A stretch of DNA of 64,000 bases from Cycas panzhihuaensis. Lineage: Eukaryota; Plantae; Cycadophyta. Both the position numbers and the translations under genes were made by a program. Positions 26,886 to 39,017 of the stretch are shown in pieces. The notes under the pieces are model-generated. The model was not told the DNA's origin. It saw only the letters and a list, made by a program, of their open reading frames with translations, and searched no databases. Within the stretch, counting starts at the first letter, position 1; every line of letters begins with the position of its first letter. Location: positions 251,727,741 to 251,791,740 of the forward strand of contig CM041465.1 of assembly GCA_023213395.1 (NCBI GenBank), in the 5' to 3' direction.

Positions 26886-28283
26886 ATCTCCTTCTATTGA
26901 AAAGAACTTATCTTTTGTGACTTATTATACTAGAGTTTTTATGATTTATCCAAACTGGGTTTCTTTAGTTCACCTTTAAAAATTTAGACATTAATCTCCT
27001 ACTATAGGCCTTTCTATTGAACCAAATACCCATCATAACTACTTTCTCTTGTATAAATTATTTTTTAATCGAATACTTATTCAATACATCCCTTCTTTTT
27101 CCTTAGTCTTTGCTACCTCTGATTCACCTCGTCTTCCTCATCTCTTACCTCATCATCTCCTTAATAAAAAGCATACAAATTAAAAACATTAAATATAGGT
27201 AAAATATCAAGGTTATTGCGTAGATTTACCTTAGAAGCATTGTCATGAGTTTTCTTCATAATTTTGTAGGGACCTATCTTCTTATATTTCAACTTGTCAT
27301 ATGTACCTTGAAGAAATATATCCTTTCTCAAGTACACCATCACCAAATCCTATTCTGCAAATATCTTACTTCTCTTTTTTAGACCTATTGTTGTCTTATA
27401 TTCATCATTATTAACCTATAATTTTCTCCTCACCTCATCATCACCTATTGCATGTTCTATATAAAAGCCTCTACATTATCACTTATCATGCCCTTAATGG
27501 GTAATTATACCAAATCAAATACTACCTTGGGATTCTAGCCATACAGAATATGGAATGGTGACTTACCTGTTGACTTATTCATAGAGTTGTTATATAAAAA
27601 ATAAACTTATACCAATGTGAATTCTCATTGCTTGGGCTTCTCTCTAATAATACATCTTAGTAAGTTACCTAAACTCATATTTACTTCCTATGTTTGCCCA
27701 TTAGTCTATAGATGGTAAGCACTACTGAATTTTCACTTAATTCTAAACTTCTTCTATAATGTTCTCTAGAAATAACTCAAAAACTTGTTATTTCTATCTG
27801 AAGTAACAATCTTCATTTGGCCATGTAACCTAGCAACCTCTTTAAAAAATAAATTTGTTATCCTTTTTGCATCACTAGTCTTTTCTTACATGTAATAAAA
27901 TAAGCCATTTTTAAAAATCTATCCATAATAACAAATATGAAGTTATTACCTCATTAGGTGTTTGATAATCTTAATGCAAAGTCCATGCTCAAATTTATCC
28001 ATAGACCTTCTAGTACTGGTAAGGGTATATATAGTCCAATGTTCTATATATATATCCTTTGACTACTTAGAAAATCTTGTATCTTACTACATCCTACTTC
28101 ATCTTTGGCTAATAGTACTTCTCCACTGAAGTTATGGTCTCATTCCTACTAAAGTATCCTCTAGTACCTCCACTATGCAATTCCCTCATAATATTATCCC
28201 TCATGGACCTAACTAAAATGCATAATTATTTTTCTTTAAATAGGTATCTATCCTATATGAAATAGTTATCATAATAAAACCCA

Positions 28284-31200
28284 TATTGGAATAATACCTA
28301 TATTAGAGAAATTACCCACCTTAAGAAGATTGCCCATATTAAGGTAATAATCCAAATCATAGGAAATATCTTGGCAGTATATTATCAAGCATTTATCAAT
28401 GCTAGGTGGCAATAGACTATGAGAGGTGTATTGTATCCTCTTAGTCCTACCTATATGTTTAGGGGGTTTGAAGACCCTGGTATTTATCAATACCACCTTT
28501 CTTACATATAATTAGTTGTCACTTTTTATGATTGCTTTCATTCCTTCTTCTTTGCTTTTTTCCTCTAATTCTATCATTTGGTATTAAAGCAACATTAGAT
28601 GAGCCATCTAGGATTTTCAGTCAGATCTATTATTGGGACAATGGAGTTTCAATCTTGGTGCAAGCTTTCTATGCGTGCATCCCCATATACATGAAGCCTC
28701 TTCCTCTATGGGTCTATTCATGTTCATTTGTATTTCAATGTCTATAAGTTCTTAGTTTACTAGCTACCTAATACTTAGTTTACATTAAACATATAGATTT
28801 GTATTTGTATGCAAAAATTAGTTAGAGGTCAAGCCTATTACATACTAGTTACATATTCATTTATGTATTATTTACAGTCAACCCCTTGTCTATTTGAGTA
28901 ATGTGCACTTATTTAGTGCTTTGTATGTTTATGGGAGCACCATTCACATTTTATCTTAAAACTTATCTCGTGTCTCTATAGTCCATATCAACATGCCTCA
29001 CTTCATCTTTATATAAGAAGTTAGCATAGTTATCAATTATTTATGCAACTAGGTTGTATTTCATATCAAGGCCATGGTCATCTCTCACCAAATTTATAGT
29101 CATCTCTCACTTCCTCTTTTGTATCCACTCAATTTGTGTTTGTTCATAGGCTTGCATTCTAAATTTTATCTATTGTGTTTTATATCTCTAGAGCGGCACT
29201 TTATTTTCATATGAGTCTACAACATTTATGATTAGCATCTAGATAAATCATTTGGCCTGCTATTTACATTTTATCTATATTCATTGTATTCTCTTTGTGA
29301 CAATGTAATCTTGTGCATCTCCATTGTTATGTGGGATGTCTAGGCCTACTCGTCAAGTCCGTGTAAAGATTTTTGTTTATTTTTACTACATAACTTAGAG
29401 TCTCATTATATATTCATGCGACTGCCCTTTTTTTTAATTTCTTTATTCATGCCAAAGTCCACATTGCAATATTTGCATCTAGTTTGTAACTCATAATCTC
29501 TTTGGGCATGGTTATGATCTTTACATAAAGTATTTAAAGTCAAAGATTAGATTTGTATGTAATTTTTATGACTTAGTTACATTTGAGTGACAACATTTAG
29601 TTTTGTAATCCAGTTATGGTTTCAAGGTAGATTATTCATTGATTGGTTGGTGCATTATACTCATCTCTCTGTTTGCATGTACATCTCATGCTCAAATCTC
29701 TTATTATTAGATTGTAAGTTTGGCTGATGTGCAAGCTAAGCAGGTGCATGCTAAACGATATTCTCTAACCTGCTTCTTGTGATTTTAATTTAAACTTCAA
29801 AAATTTGATCATGACCTTGTATGGACTTATCATACTCGTCATCTAAATGGAGTATTTCAGTCACTTGACATGACACTCCAAAATTAAATATCCAAAAAAA
29901 TCCTTCAATAAACCTCTTAGAGTTTGATACCATTATATTTGTCTTACTGTGTTTGTATATTGAAGAAGATGTTACCAAGAAATTTATAGAGAACCTAAGG
30001 ATGTTGTTGCTATTGATCGTGAAGATAGAGATTCAAGGGCCTTCATCACCCTTACAAATAGTTGTGCTATGACCTGCAACACCAAAATAACATGATTAAA
30101 AAATAGTACAAATATTTTAGAGTTTATTTCTTTAATTAAGAGATTTTAAATATTGTTTATAATCTGGTGGCCATTTAAAATAATTTTTAATGTTTTTAAA
30201 AAATTTAAACAAATTGAAATGTTATTTAGAGTTTAAAGCCCCTCACTCGCTAGTAGATGATCACACGGACTAGTGTCGTTATGAGGGGCCTAAACATCAA
30301 AGGGGATAAATGCCTTTTTCAAAGGTAGTTTTTGAATTTAAGCACTTGTTTCTACTTCAAGAAGGATATCTATCACTAATGGGGCCTATTTTTAGATCTT
30401 CCAACTCTAAACGATTCTTCATTTTCACTCAAAATGAGTTGTCACATAACTATGCTGAGTTTATATTTTACATCCCATTTAATAATTAAAATTTGATAAA
30501 AATTTTCCTTGTAATTGATGTGCTAAAGGGCTCTTTATCCTTTTTTGACCTCCTTATACATTTTAAAGTACTACTTAGTCATAAAAAATTAGAATCAAAT
30601 TCCATTTGAAGAGTTGGGTTCATATTTTAATCTTCTATTGAGTGAATGATCTTTTTAAGTACTTTTGAAACCATTTGATATAATATTTTTATGGTCAAAG
30701 TTTATGCTAGTTTGTGGGCTTCCTACGAGTTTACTCTTGAATAAACATAATAAAACTTTATCTTGTAATCACCATTAATATAAAATTATTACTTTGGAGA
30801 AGGTTAAGTCCTAATTATGATACTTGTATATACCCTAAAGTTGAAGGGGGACAATTTTGCTTATGTCTTTTGAGTGCCTTTATTGCCTTATTCAAATGTA
30901 TTTTCAATATTTCACTTAAGTACTTTATTTTTTCAAAGAAATTTATTTTAAGGTAGTTTCTTTATCATGGCCTTTAGTATAAGTAGTGTAGTAGTGCTAA
31001 AATTTGATAGTACTAACTTTTTAAATTAGAGTCAAAGGATAAAACCAATATTTATATCAAAAAATATGTGGGACTTGATTGAAATAGATTATGGAGCACT
31101 TGATGCTAATGCTATTGAAGACTAAAATAAGACCTAAAAGGATAATAAAAAGCAAGATAATAAAGCCTTGACATTCATCTTTTGTATAGTAGAAGATCAC

Positions 31201-34200
31201 ATATTTCCAAGGGTTAGTGAGACAACTACATCAAAAGAGGTGTGGGACACTTTGAAGACCGCCTACAAAGAAGCTACTGCATCAAAACTCCAAATATTAA
31301 GGAGTAAATTTAAAAACTATATAATGAATAATAATAAAAGAGTAAATGACTTTATAACTAAAGTATAAGGCCTAATCAACCAAATTAGGGCTTTAGGGGA
31401 AGTCATTAGTGAATAACATGTGGTAAAGAAAATCTAAAAATATGTTGGTGATATTAAAAGGTTTAAAATAGTTGCAACAAGCATTGAGGTCTCAAAAGAC
31501 CTAACTACCCTAAATCTTGATCAACTAAGTATAATATTACTTGTTGTTGAAGAGAAAAAGTGGGGTAGTGAATTTTTAGAACATGCATTTATCACTAAAG
31601 AAAATATTAGGCCTACCTTTAAAGGCTAAAGTTTTAGGGAAAAAGGATAATCCATTAGAGAAAGAGGTCAAAAACTTAGAAATCAAAATCAATTTCATCA
31701 AATATATATTTATCAAGGTCAATTTCATCAAGGACAAAATTAATTTCATCAAGGATAAGGTTAAGGACAAAGATATTATTTTTAAGGCTAATCTAATTAA
31801 GGCCAAGGACAAAGTTTTAGACCTCAAGGAAGAGGTAAAGGATAAAGTCTAAGAGGTAGGAATCAAGGATAAAGGGGAAATAATCCTAGAGGTAGAGAAA
31901 TAATGCAATGTTCCTATTATCATAGAAGTGGACACCTGGAAATAAATTATTTTATAAAAAGGTCCAACATATAAAGAGGAATAACTAATACAACAATTAA
32001 AGACTAAAGGAAAAATAAAAGACTCTTTCTATTAAGTTTCATAATAAATAAAGAAGAAAACAATTGGTATATTGACTCAAGATGTTGTACCCATATGACA
32101 CATAGAGAAGAATGGTTCAAGGAGTTAGATAACACCTAAATGAGTAAAATCATATTTTATGATAATACTACTCAATCTGTAATTAGTAAAGAAAATATAG
32201 CCATTTAAACAAACTTTAAAGAAATAAGATATATCAATGATGTACTCTATATCCTTATACTTAAGAAACATTTACCATTAATAGGACAAATGATAGAGCA
32301 AAAATATAAGATTATCTTTGAAAATAGAGAGTACACCATTAAGGATAAGCTAAGGAACAAGGCAATAGTTATTAAAAGTTAAATGACTAGTGATAAATTA
32401 TTTAAGCTAGTCATTCCCCCAACTAATTATTATACCTTAAAGATCTAAACTAATGTGGCATAAAAGACTTGGCCATATGAACTATAATAGATGGGCATTA
32501 ATGAAGAAGATGGAAATAGTGATAGGTCTACCTGATATTAGACATGGAAAAGAAGTATCTCAAGGGTATATACTAGGTAAATGATAAAGGGAAAGATTCC
32601 CTAATGATAACTATAAGGAAAATGGGCCTTTTTAACTATTATATATAAATCTATATGGACTAATAGATGTGTCTTCACTTAGAGGAGCTAAGTATTTCAT
32701 GATATTCATTGACGATTTTATAAGAATGATGGTTTTATTTTCTCAAGTATAAATCAAATATGCTATAATGCTTAATTAACTTAAAAGACATGATTGAAAG
32801 ACATAGTAGACATAAGATATTGACTCTTAGATCATATAATGGGGGAGAATTCATTTTGAATGAATTTAAGGATTATTACATATATTTAAGGATAAAGAAA
32901 TAACTTACAAATCCCTACACCCATCAATAAAATAGGGTTCTAGAAATAAAGAATAGGATAATTATTGAGATTGGTTAAAAACATGCTTAAGGATAAGTAT
33001 CTTGGCAATGAATATTGGGTAGATATTATACGTATAATTATTTATTTGTTGAACAAATACACAACTAAGGTAGTAAGATGGGTTACACTTGAAGAAGCTT
33101 GGATAGGTTACAAACCAAGCACCAAACACTTAAGAGTTTTTTGGTGTATAATTTATGTACATGTTCTTGAATAAAGGAGGATAAAATTGAATGACAAATA
33201 CACCAAGTGTATATTTATAAGATATAGGGACTCATTAAAATCTTATAAATTATATGACCCAAAAGTAAAAAAATGATCATAAGCAGGGATGTGGTCTTCA
33301 AGGAAGATGAATTCTATCAAAACAAATTTCTTGAAAAGGACAAAGGCAACAAATTATGATTGAAGTAGACTCTAACTCAAGTGATAAAAATATGCCTAGT
33401 GTAGGTGAAGTAGGAATATCTACTTTAAGTCAAAGGCTTCCAAAATAGGTATAAAGGGCTCATAACCCTTAAAACATCTTAGATACTAAACTTGAGAGAA
33501 GAATAATAAGATCTCGAAGGGTAAACTTTGCACTTATAACTAAAGTCATAAAGTTAAATGAGTCTCAAAACTTTAAAGAGGTAAATTGTCAAGATGAATA
33601 AAAAAATACAATGAAGGAAGCATACAATACCTTAGTGAAAAATGATACATGAGAGTTAGTTGATTTACTACTTAAAAAGAATGCCATTAGAATGAAATGG
33701 GTCTACAAAACTAAATATAAATCAGATGGGTCCATTGAAAAATAGAAGGCAAGATTTATTGTAAAGGGCTATGCTTAAATTAAATGCATAGATTATAATG
33801 AAATATTTGTACCTATTTCAAGGTTAGAAATAGTCAGATTAATCATGGCCTTAATTTCATAACAAAGGTTAGACAGTTCATCGAATAGATATGAAAAATG
33901 CTTTTTTAAATGGTTATATATATGAGGAGATCTATGTCTAATAACCTAAGGGTTTTGAAGTAAAGGAAAATGAAAACAAGGTCTATAAACTCAAAAAGAC
34001 CTTGTATGGACTTAAACAAGTACTTAAAGCACGATGCTCTAGAATTGATAAATATTTTAAGGATAAAGGATTCTTAAGAAGTTAATTAGACCCCAATTTG
34101 TATATAAAGATAAAAGGAATCTCAATATTAATTGTGGGCTTATATGTAGATGACCTAATATATATTGGAAATTGTGATTAATTACAATCAATATGGTTTC

Positions 34201-35081
34201 TAGGTTTATGAATGAGCTTAAGATAAAGCATTGACAAGTAGCCAAAAGGATTGTCAGGTATCATAGATGTATTATTATGTATGGTTTGCATTACAAGTCA
34301 TAAGAGGATTATAGGTTGATTTTTTATACAAACTCAAACAAGGCAGGTTATGTAGATGATAGGAAATCTACTTTAGGTTATACATTTAGTTAGGGTTTAG
34401 TAGTAGTAGCATGAAGTTCAAAGAAGCAAGCAATAATATCTCTTTTTACTATAGAAACATAATATAAGGCAATTGTAGCAAGAGCTTGTAAGACAGTTTG
34501 GCTTAGAAGATTACTTTAGGATTTACAAAAAGAATAAATTGGTCTCACATAGTTGCTTTATAGTAAGCAAAGCAAAATTCATATGACTAGGAATCTAATG
34601 TTTCATGGTAGGATAAAATAAAATATCACCTCATCAGAAAACTAATATAGTAAGGTGAATTAGAGTTGGTCTATTATAGTACTAAGGATAACTGGCAAAC
34701 ATTTTCATAAAGTTGCTTAGAAAAGTAAAGTTTATAAAATTCAAAGATAAAGTTAGAGTCTCTCCAAATGGGTATTATAGGAGAGAAATATTAGAATAAT
34801 GCCCATATTGGGGTGATTACCCACCTTGAGGATATTACCCATATTAGAGTAATAACCCATATTGTGTAAAATATCTTAGCAGCATATTTTCAGGCATTTG
34901 TCAATGGCAGGTGATGATGGACCTTGAGAGGTGTGTCATAGCCTCTCTATCCAACCTATATCTTCAAGGGATTTGAAGACCTCGATGTTCATCAATACTA
35001 CCTTCCTTATTAATCATTGGTTGTCCTTTTTTATGCTTAGTTTCATTCCTTCTTCTCTACTTTTATCCTTTGATTCCATTA
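28284..35081 (+). mobile_element. Full-length Ty1/Copia element nested in CRM unit 2
   Basis: LTRs 28284-28576 and 34789-35081 (293 bp each, ~80% similar). Perfect TSD ACCCA (28279-28283 and 35082-35086). PBS TGGTATTAAAGC at 28579; PPT AGGAGAGAAA before 34789. Confidence 0.93.
30967..34780 (+). pseudogene. Copia gag-PR-INT-RT-RH relic with an internal RT deletion near 34190
   Basis: Gag TSKEVWDTLK (31168-31368); PR WYIDSRCCTHMT (~32065); INT KYFMIFIDDF (~32690); RT LYVDDLIYIG (~34140) joined almost directly to VSRFM...H*Q.AKRI.RY. Confidence 0.88.
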
Positions 35082-38000
35082 ACCCAATCTTGATAACGAA
35101 GGGATTCTTGCAATGTCCTATAACTTTGCTAAACTTTAGGTCAATATCATATAAATATTTTAAAGTATTAAATCAAACCACTTTGCTCATCATAATGGTC
35201 AACAGTACCACCCTCCTACTCAATGCATGTATTACATTGTTTTGCTTCCTTGACTTGTGCTTCAAAATGAAGGTGAAACTCTATAAATATGAAATCCGCT
35301 TAGCATGTTTAGTACCTAGCTTTTTATGGGTGTTGACATACCTCAACATTTGGCGGTAAGTAAACAAACTAAACTCATTGGGCATGAGGTAATGCCTTAA
35401 ATATCTCAAGGCCTACATAATAATAAAAGATTCTATGTTGCAAGTGGAATATTTCTTCCTTACTTTATTTAACTTTTTGTTATAAAATGTAATCAACCTT
35501 TTCTCTTAACTTAACGCAACTCCAATAGCAATATGGGAGGCATCATAGTCAATCTTAAATACTTTTTTAAAATCTAGTAGTGCTAATATAGATTCCTCTA
35601 ATACTTTTTGCTTCATTATATTAAAACTCTACTACAAACTCCTTAACCTTTGAACAATCTATCAAAGGTGCAATGATACTACTAAAATTTGTAATGGACT
35701 TCCTATAAAATATGGCTATGCCATAGAAGCTCTTCATATTAGTTACACTCTTAGGTGTAGGCCATTCAACAATGGATCTAATCTTCTCCTCAATGATACG
35801 TAGCCCATCTGAAGAAATTACAAATCCTAAAAATACTTGATTACTTTGCATAAACTTGTATTTCTTTAGGTTTATATATAACTTCTCTACCCTTAGTATA
35901 TATAACACCATCTATAGTTGTATTAAATGATCCTTTTTAGTATTACTGAATATTAAAATATCATCAAAATGGACAACTACAAGCTTACTAATATATGGTT
36001 GTATAATGATATTTATTAGCTTCATGAATATGCTTGGGGCATTTAACATCCTAAATGGCCTAACTAGCTACTCATAAAGCCCATTTCTCATTTTGAAAGC
36101 CATCTTTCTTTCATCTCCTTATTGGATCTAAATCTGATAGTAACTATTTCTTAGGTTGATTTTGGTAAAATATGATGTGCTACCAAAAATCTATCATGTC
36201 TTCCATGTCATGGATTGAGAACCTGTACTCAATTATAATTTTATTGATGGCCATATAATTAAACACATCCTCTAAGAGCCATATTTCTTTAGAGTCTAAA
36301 ATACAAAAGTTGCACATGGACTTAAAATTTCTCTTACCATCCCTTTCTTTAACAAGTCACTCACTTGCCTATTTAATTCCTTATTCTTCATTAGGCTTAT
36401 TCTATAGAGTCCTTGATTTGGTAGAGCAAATTGTAGAATTAGGTCAATGTGATGTTGAAGGTTTGTTGTAGGTGGCAGCCCTCTAGAAACTCATTTAGAA
36501 TTATAGTTGTATAATCTGTTAGCATGCTTTCTACCTCATCTAGTGCATATATACCTTAGTCTTCATTACCATCAAAACATAACAAATATTAGTCTACTTT
36601 ACTTCTTTCATAAATTCTTTTACAATCAACATAATCTTTGAGTGCCTTTCTTTCTTCATAAGCAATACTGCATAGTCTTTGAGTGCTCTTCTTCCTTCAT
36701 AAGTAATAATACCACCTTCACATCATCCTTCTAGAGGGTGTAAGTATGGTTTCTTCCATCATAATAGCCATTCTTATCATACTACCATGACCTTCCCAAT
36801 AACATATGGCATGCATCCATTAGAAGAATATCGCACCATACCTCATTTAGGCATGTGTTCCTAATCGTAAATTTTATTAAACACCTATTATCCACATCCA
36901 CCTCACTCCCTTTTTTCAGCCAAGAAATTTGGTAAAGGGTAGGATGTCCTTCACAATATAAGCCTAATCTTTCTACCATCTCACTAGAGATCATATTCTC
37001 ATAGCTTCTACTATCAATGACAACTTTGTAAACATGACCTCCAAATGTATATCTCATTCAGGAGATATTATTAAATAAACATAAATCATCATTTACCTTT
37101 ACTTTCCTTTTTCTTGCATCTATCCTTGTTTTAGAGCAACTAAAGTTCTCGTCAACATCAAGTTATCTCTTACATCTATTATAACTTTTGAACGTTATTC
37201 CTCAGCCTAAGCTAAATTCACTCTTGGTTGCTCCCCTTGTTTTTTGGTTATTTATAATGATAAGGGCATTAAAAGACCTTATGATCTTCTTCATTTTATT
37301 TGAAGTAAACAATAAGCCTCTTTGGTATATTGCATCCCCTACCAAAAACTCTACCCCTTTATGCTCCTTAAATACCTCTAAGTCTTAGATGGGTTTGGAA
37401 TCCTCTATGCTCTTATCTCCATAAAGCTACACCTTGCCTCACATTGTCTTACCTCTCCATCTAATTGGATGACTACTGTGAGAGTAATTAGATCCACCCC
37501 TACCTCTAAATGGGAGTGATGAAACCTTTCTTATCATAGGTGATTTTTTAGCAAGATTTTTGTTTTATTTCTCCTCCACCTTCAATGTAAATTGGTAAGT
37601 ATATTCAACACTATTAATCTTAAGTATGCTTAGCTCATCCCAAATAGAAAGATTTAGTCATTTACATACCTGATAATCATTTGTTCTTATATTTTTTCAT
37701 GTTCCATCTTAATATATAGCTTGTGAAATTTATATGTGTAATCTTGGATACTCATTTCCCTTTTCCTTGAGTTTTATAATTTTCTAAATAAATTTTGAGA
37801 GTGGTCCACATGAAGAAAATTCTCCTTAATTTTTCTTACCATCTTATTCAAAAATATAACCTTATCCTTTCTTTTTCTAACCCCCTTCTTCTATATGTAA
37901 TCCCAATATATCATTTCATTTCCCTTGAACTTAGTACATGAAAATTTGAGTTTCTTTTCCTCTATCACTTCCTTCCATTCAAAGAATTTCTCTATATTGT

Positions 38001-38324
38001 TTAACTAGTCTACTAACTCTTCAAGTTTTAAGTTATCTTCACACTTTGGAACATCAATCTTCACTCTATTATTCTTTTTTTCTAGTGCTCTTGGAATTCT
38101 CTCCTCATAAGATGGTGGTTCTTAGGGTCCCTCTTTCTCATGCTTGACTTGAGCTTTAGGCTTTGTTTTTACATCATTATTATATTTTCTTGGACCTTGT
38201 CCACTCCTTAAAAGGGTTTCTTATTGTATCATCACCACCTCTAACAGAAAGCATAAGACTCACTACTAGTTTATTGCAAACTTATTCATTTCCTCTCAGA
38301 GTTAAACCATGCTCTGATACTAAA

Positions 38325-39017
38325 TGAAAGGGAGGTATAGAATAGGATTCTTTAATAATTCATGCATTTAATAAATAAAACACTTCAAAGAAAGCCATAG
38401 CCAATTCTTTGTAAGAATATTTTTTTCTATAATAATCCATGTCTCTATTATAAAACTAAAAAAGGTTAAGTTCTTACAGTCTAGAAGTACATAAATTTGA
38501 GACATTCAGCCACATAAAAATCTTAAATACCCTCCCCTATAATTAGGTAACTAATTTAAGGAAAATAATATCTCAAATTAAAAACTTTCTATTTTTAATA
38601 AAGTCTTAACTAATATTATTTTTAGTAAATTTTTTAAAAGATCTCTAATTTTCTTAAATAAAAATTAACCTAAAAGTAGCTAAACATATAATGGGCCTTT
38701 AAACCTCCTAATTACCTTTTCCTAAATATAATGTATATCTTAAAAATTATATTTTACCTTTTTTTTTTACTTATACATAGTTAAAATTAAAAATATGATT
38801 TTGAGTCCCTAAATGACCTTTCTTCAAAAACAACTACACATCAATACCTGCAGTAGCCATGTGTAATTAGTTTATACTGAAAGTTGTAGATCCCACCCCA
38901 AACTTCAACTTTCATATGTGTTTTATTAAAAATATACTATGAATAAGTGAGACACGTTGATTTTAGTGCAAGTGTTCTATTTTTTTTTCCACTAGAAATA
39001 TAGATACTTATACATCA
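38325..39017 (-). repeat. CRM trimer LTR C (shared by units 2 and 3)
   Basis: Reverse PBS GCTCTGATACTA at 38311-38322; ends TACATCA; reverse PPT ATATCCCCTACTT follows. Confidence 0.88.

Larger units (their letters stand above)
26930..38250 (-). pseudogene. CRM unit 2 gag-pol relic, interrupted by Copia 28284-35081
   Basis: ORFs 36782-37057 (protease DACHMLLGRSW), 35621-35911 (RT), 27161-27346 (INT C-terminus). The sequence rejoins across the Copia insertion, matching units 1 and 3. Confidence 0.9.

Noticed and set aside
34931-35359. Longest ORF in the track (142 aa)
   Set aside because: It spans a Copia LTR and the antisense strand of CRM pol across an insertion junction, so it is a chance ORF.
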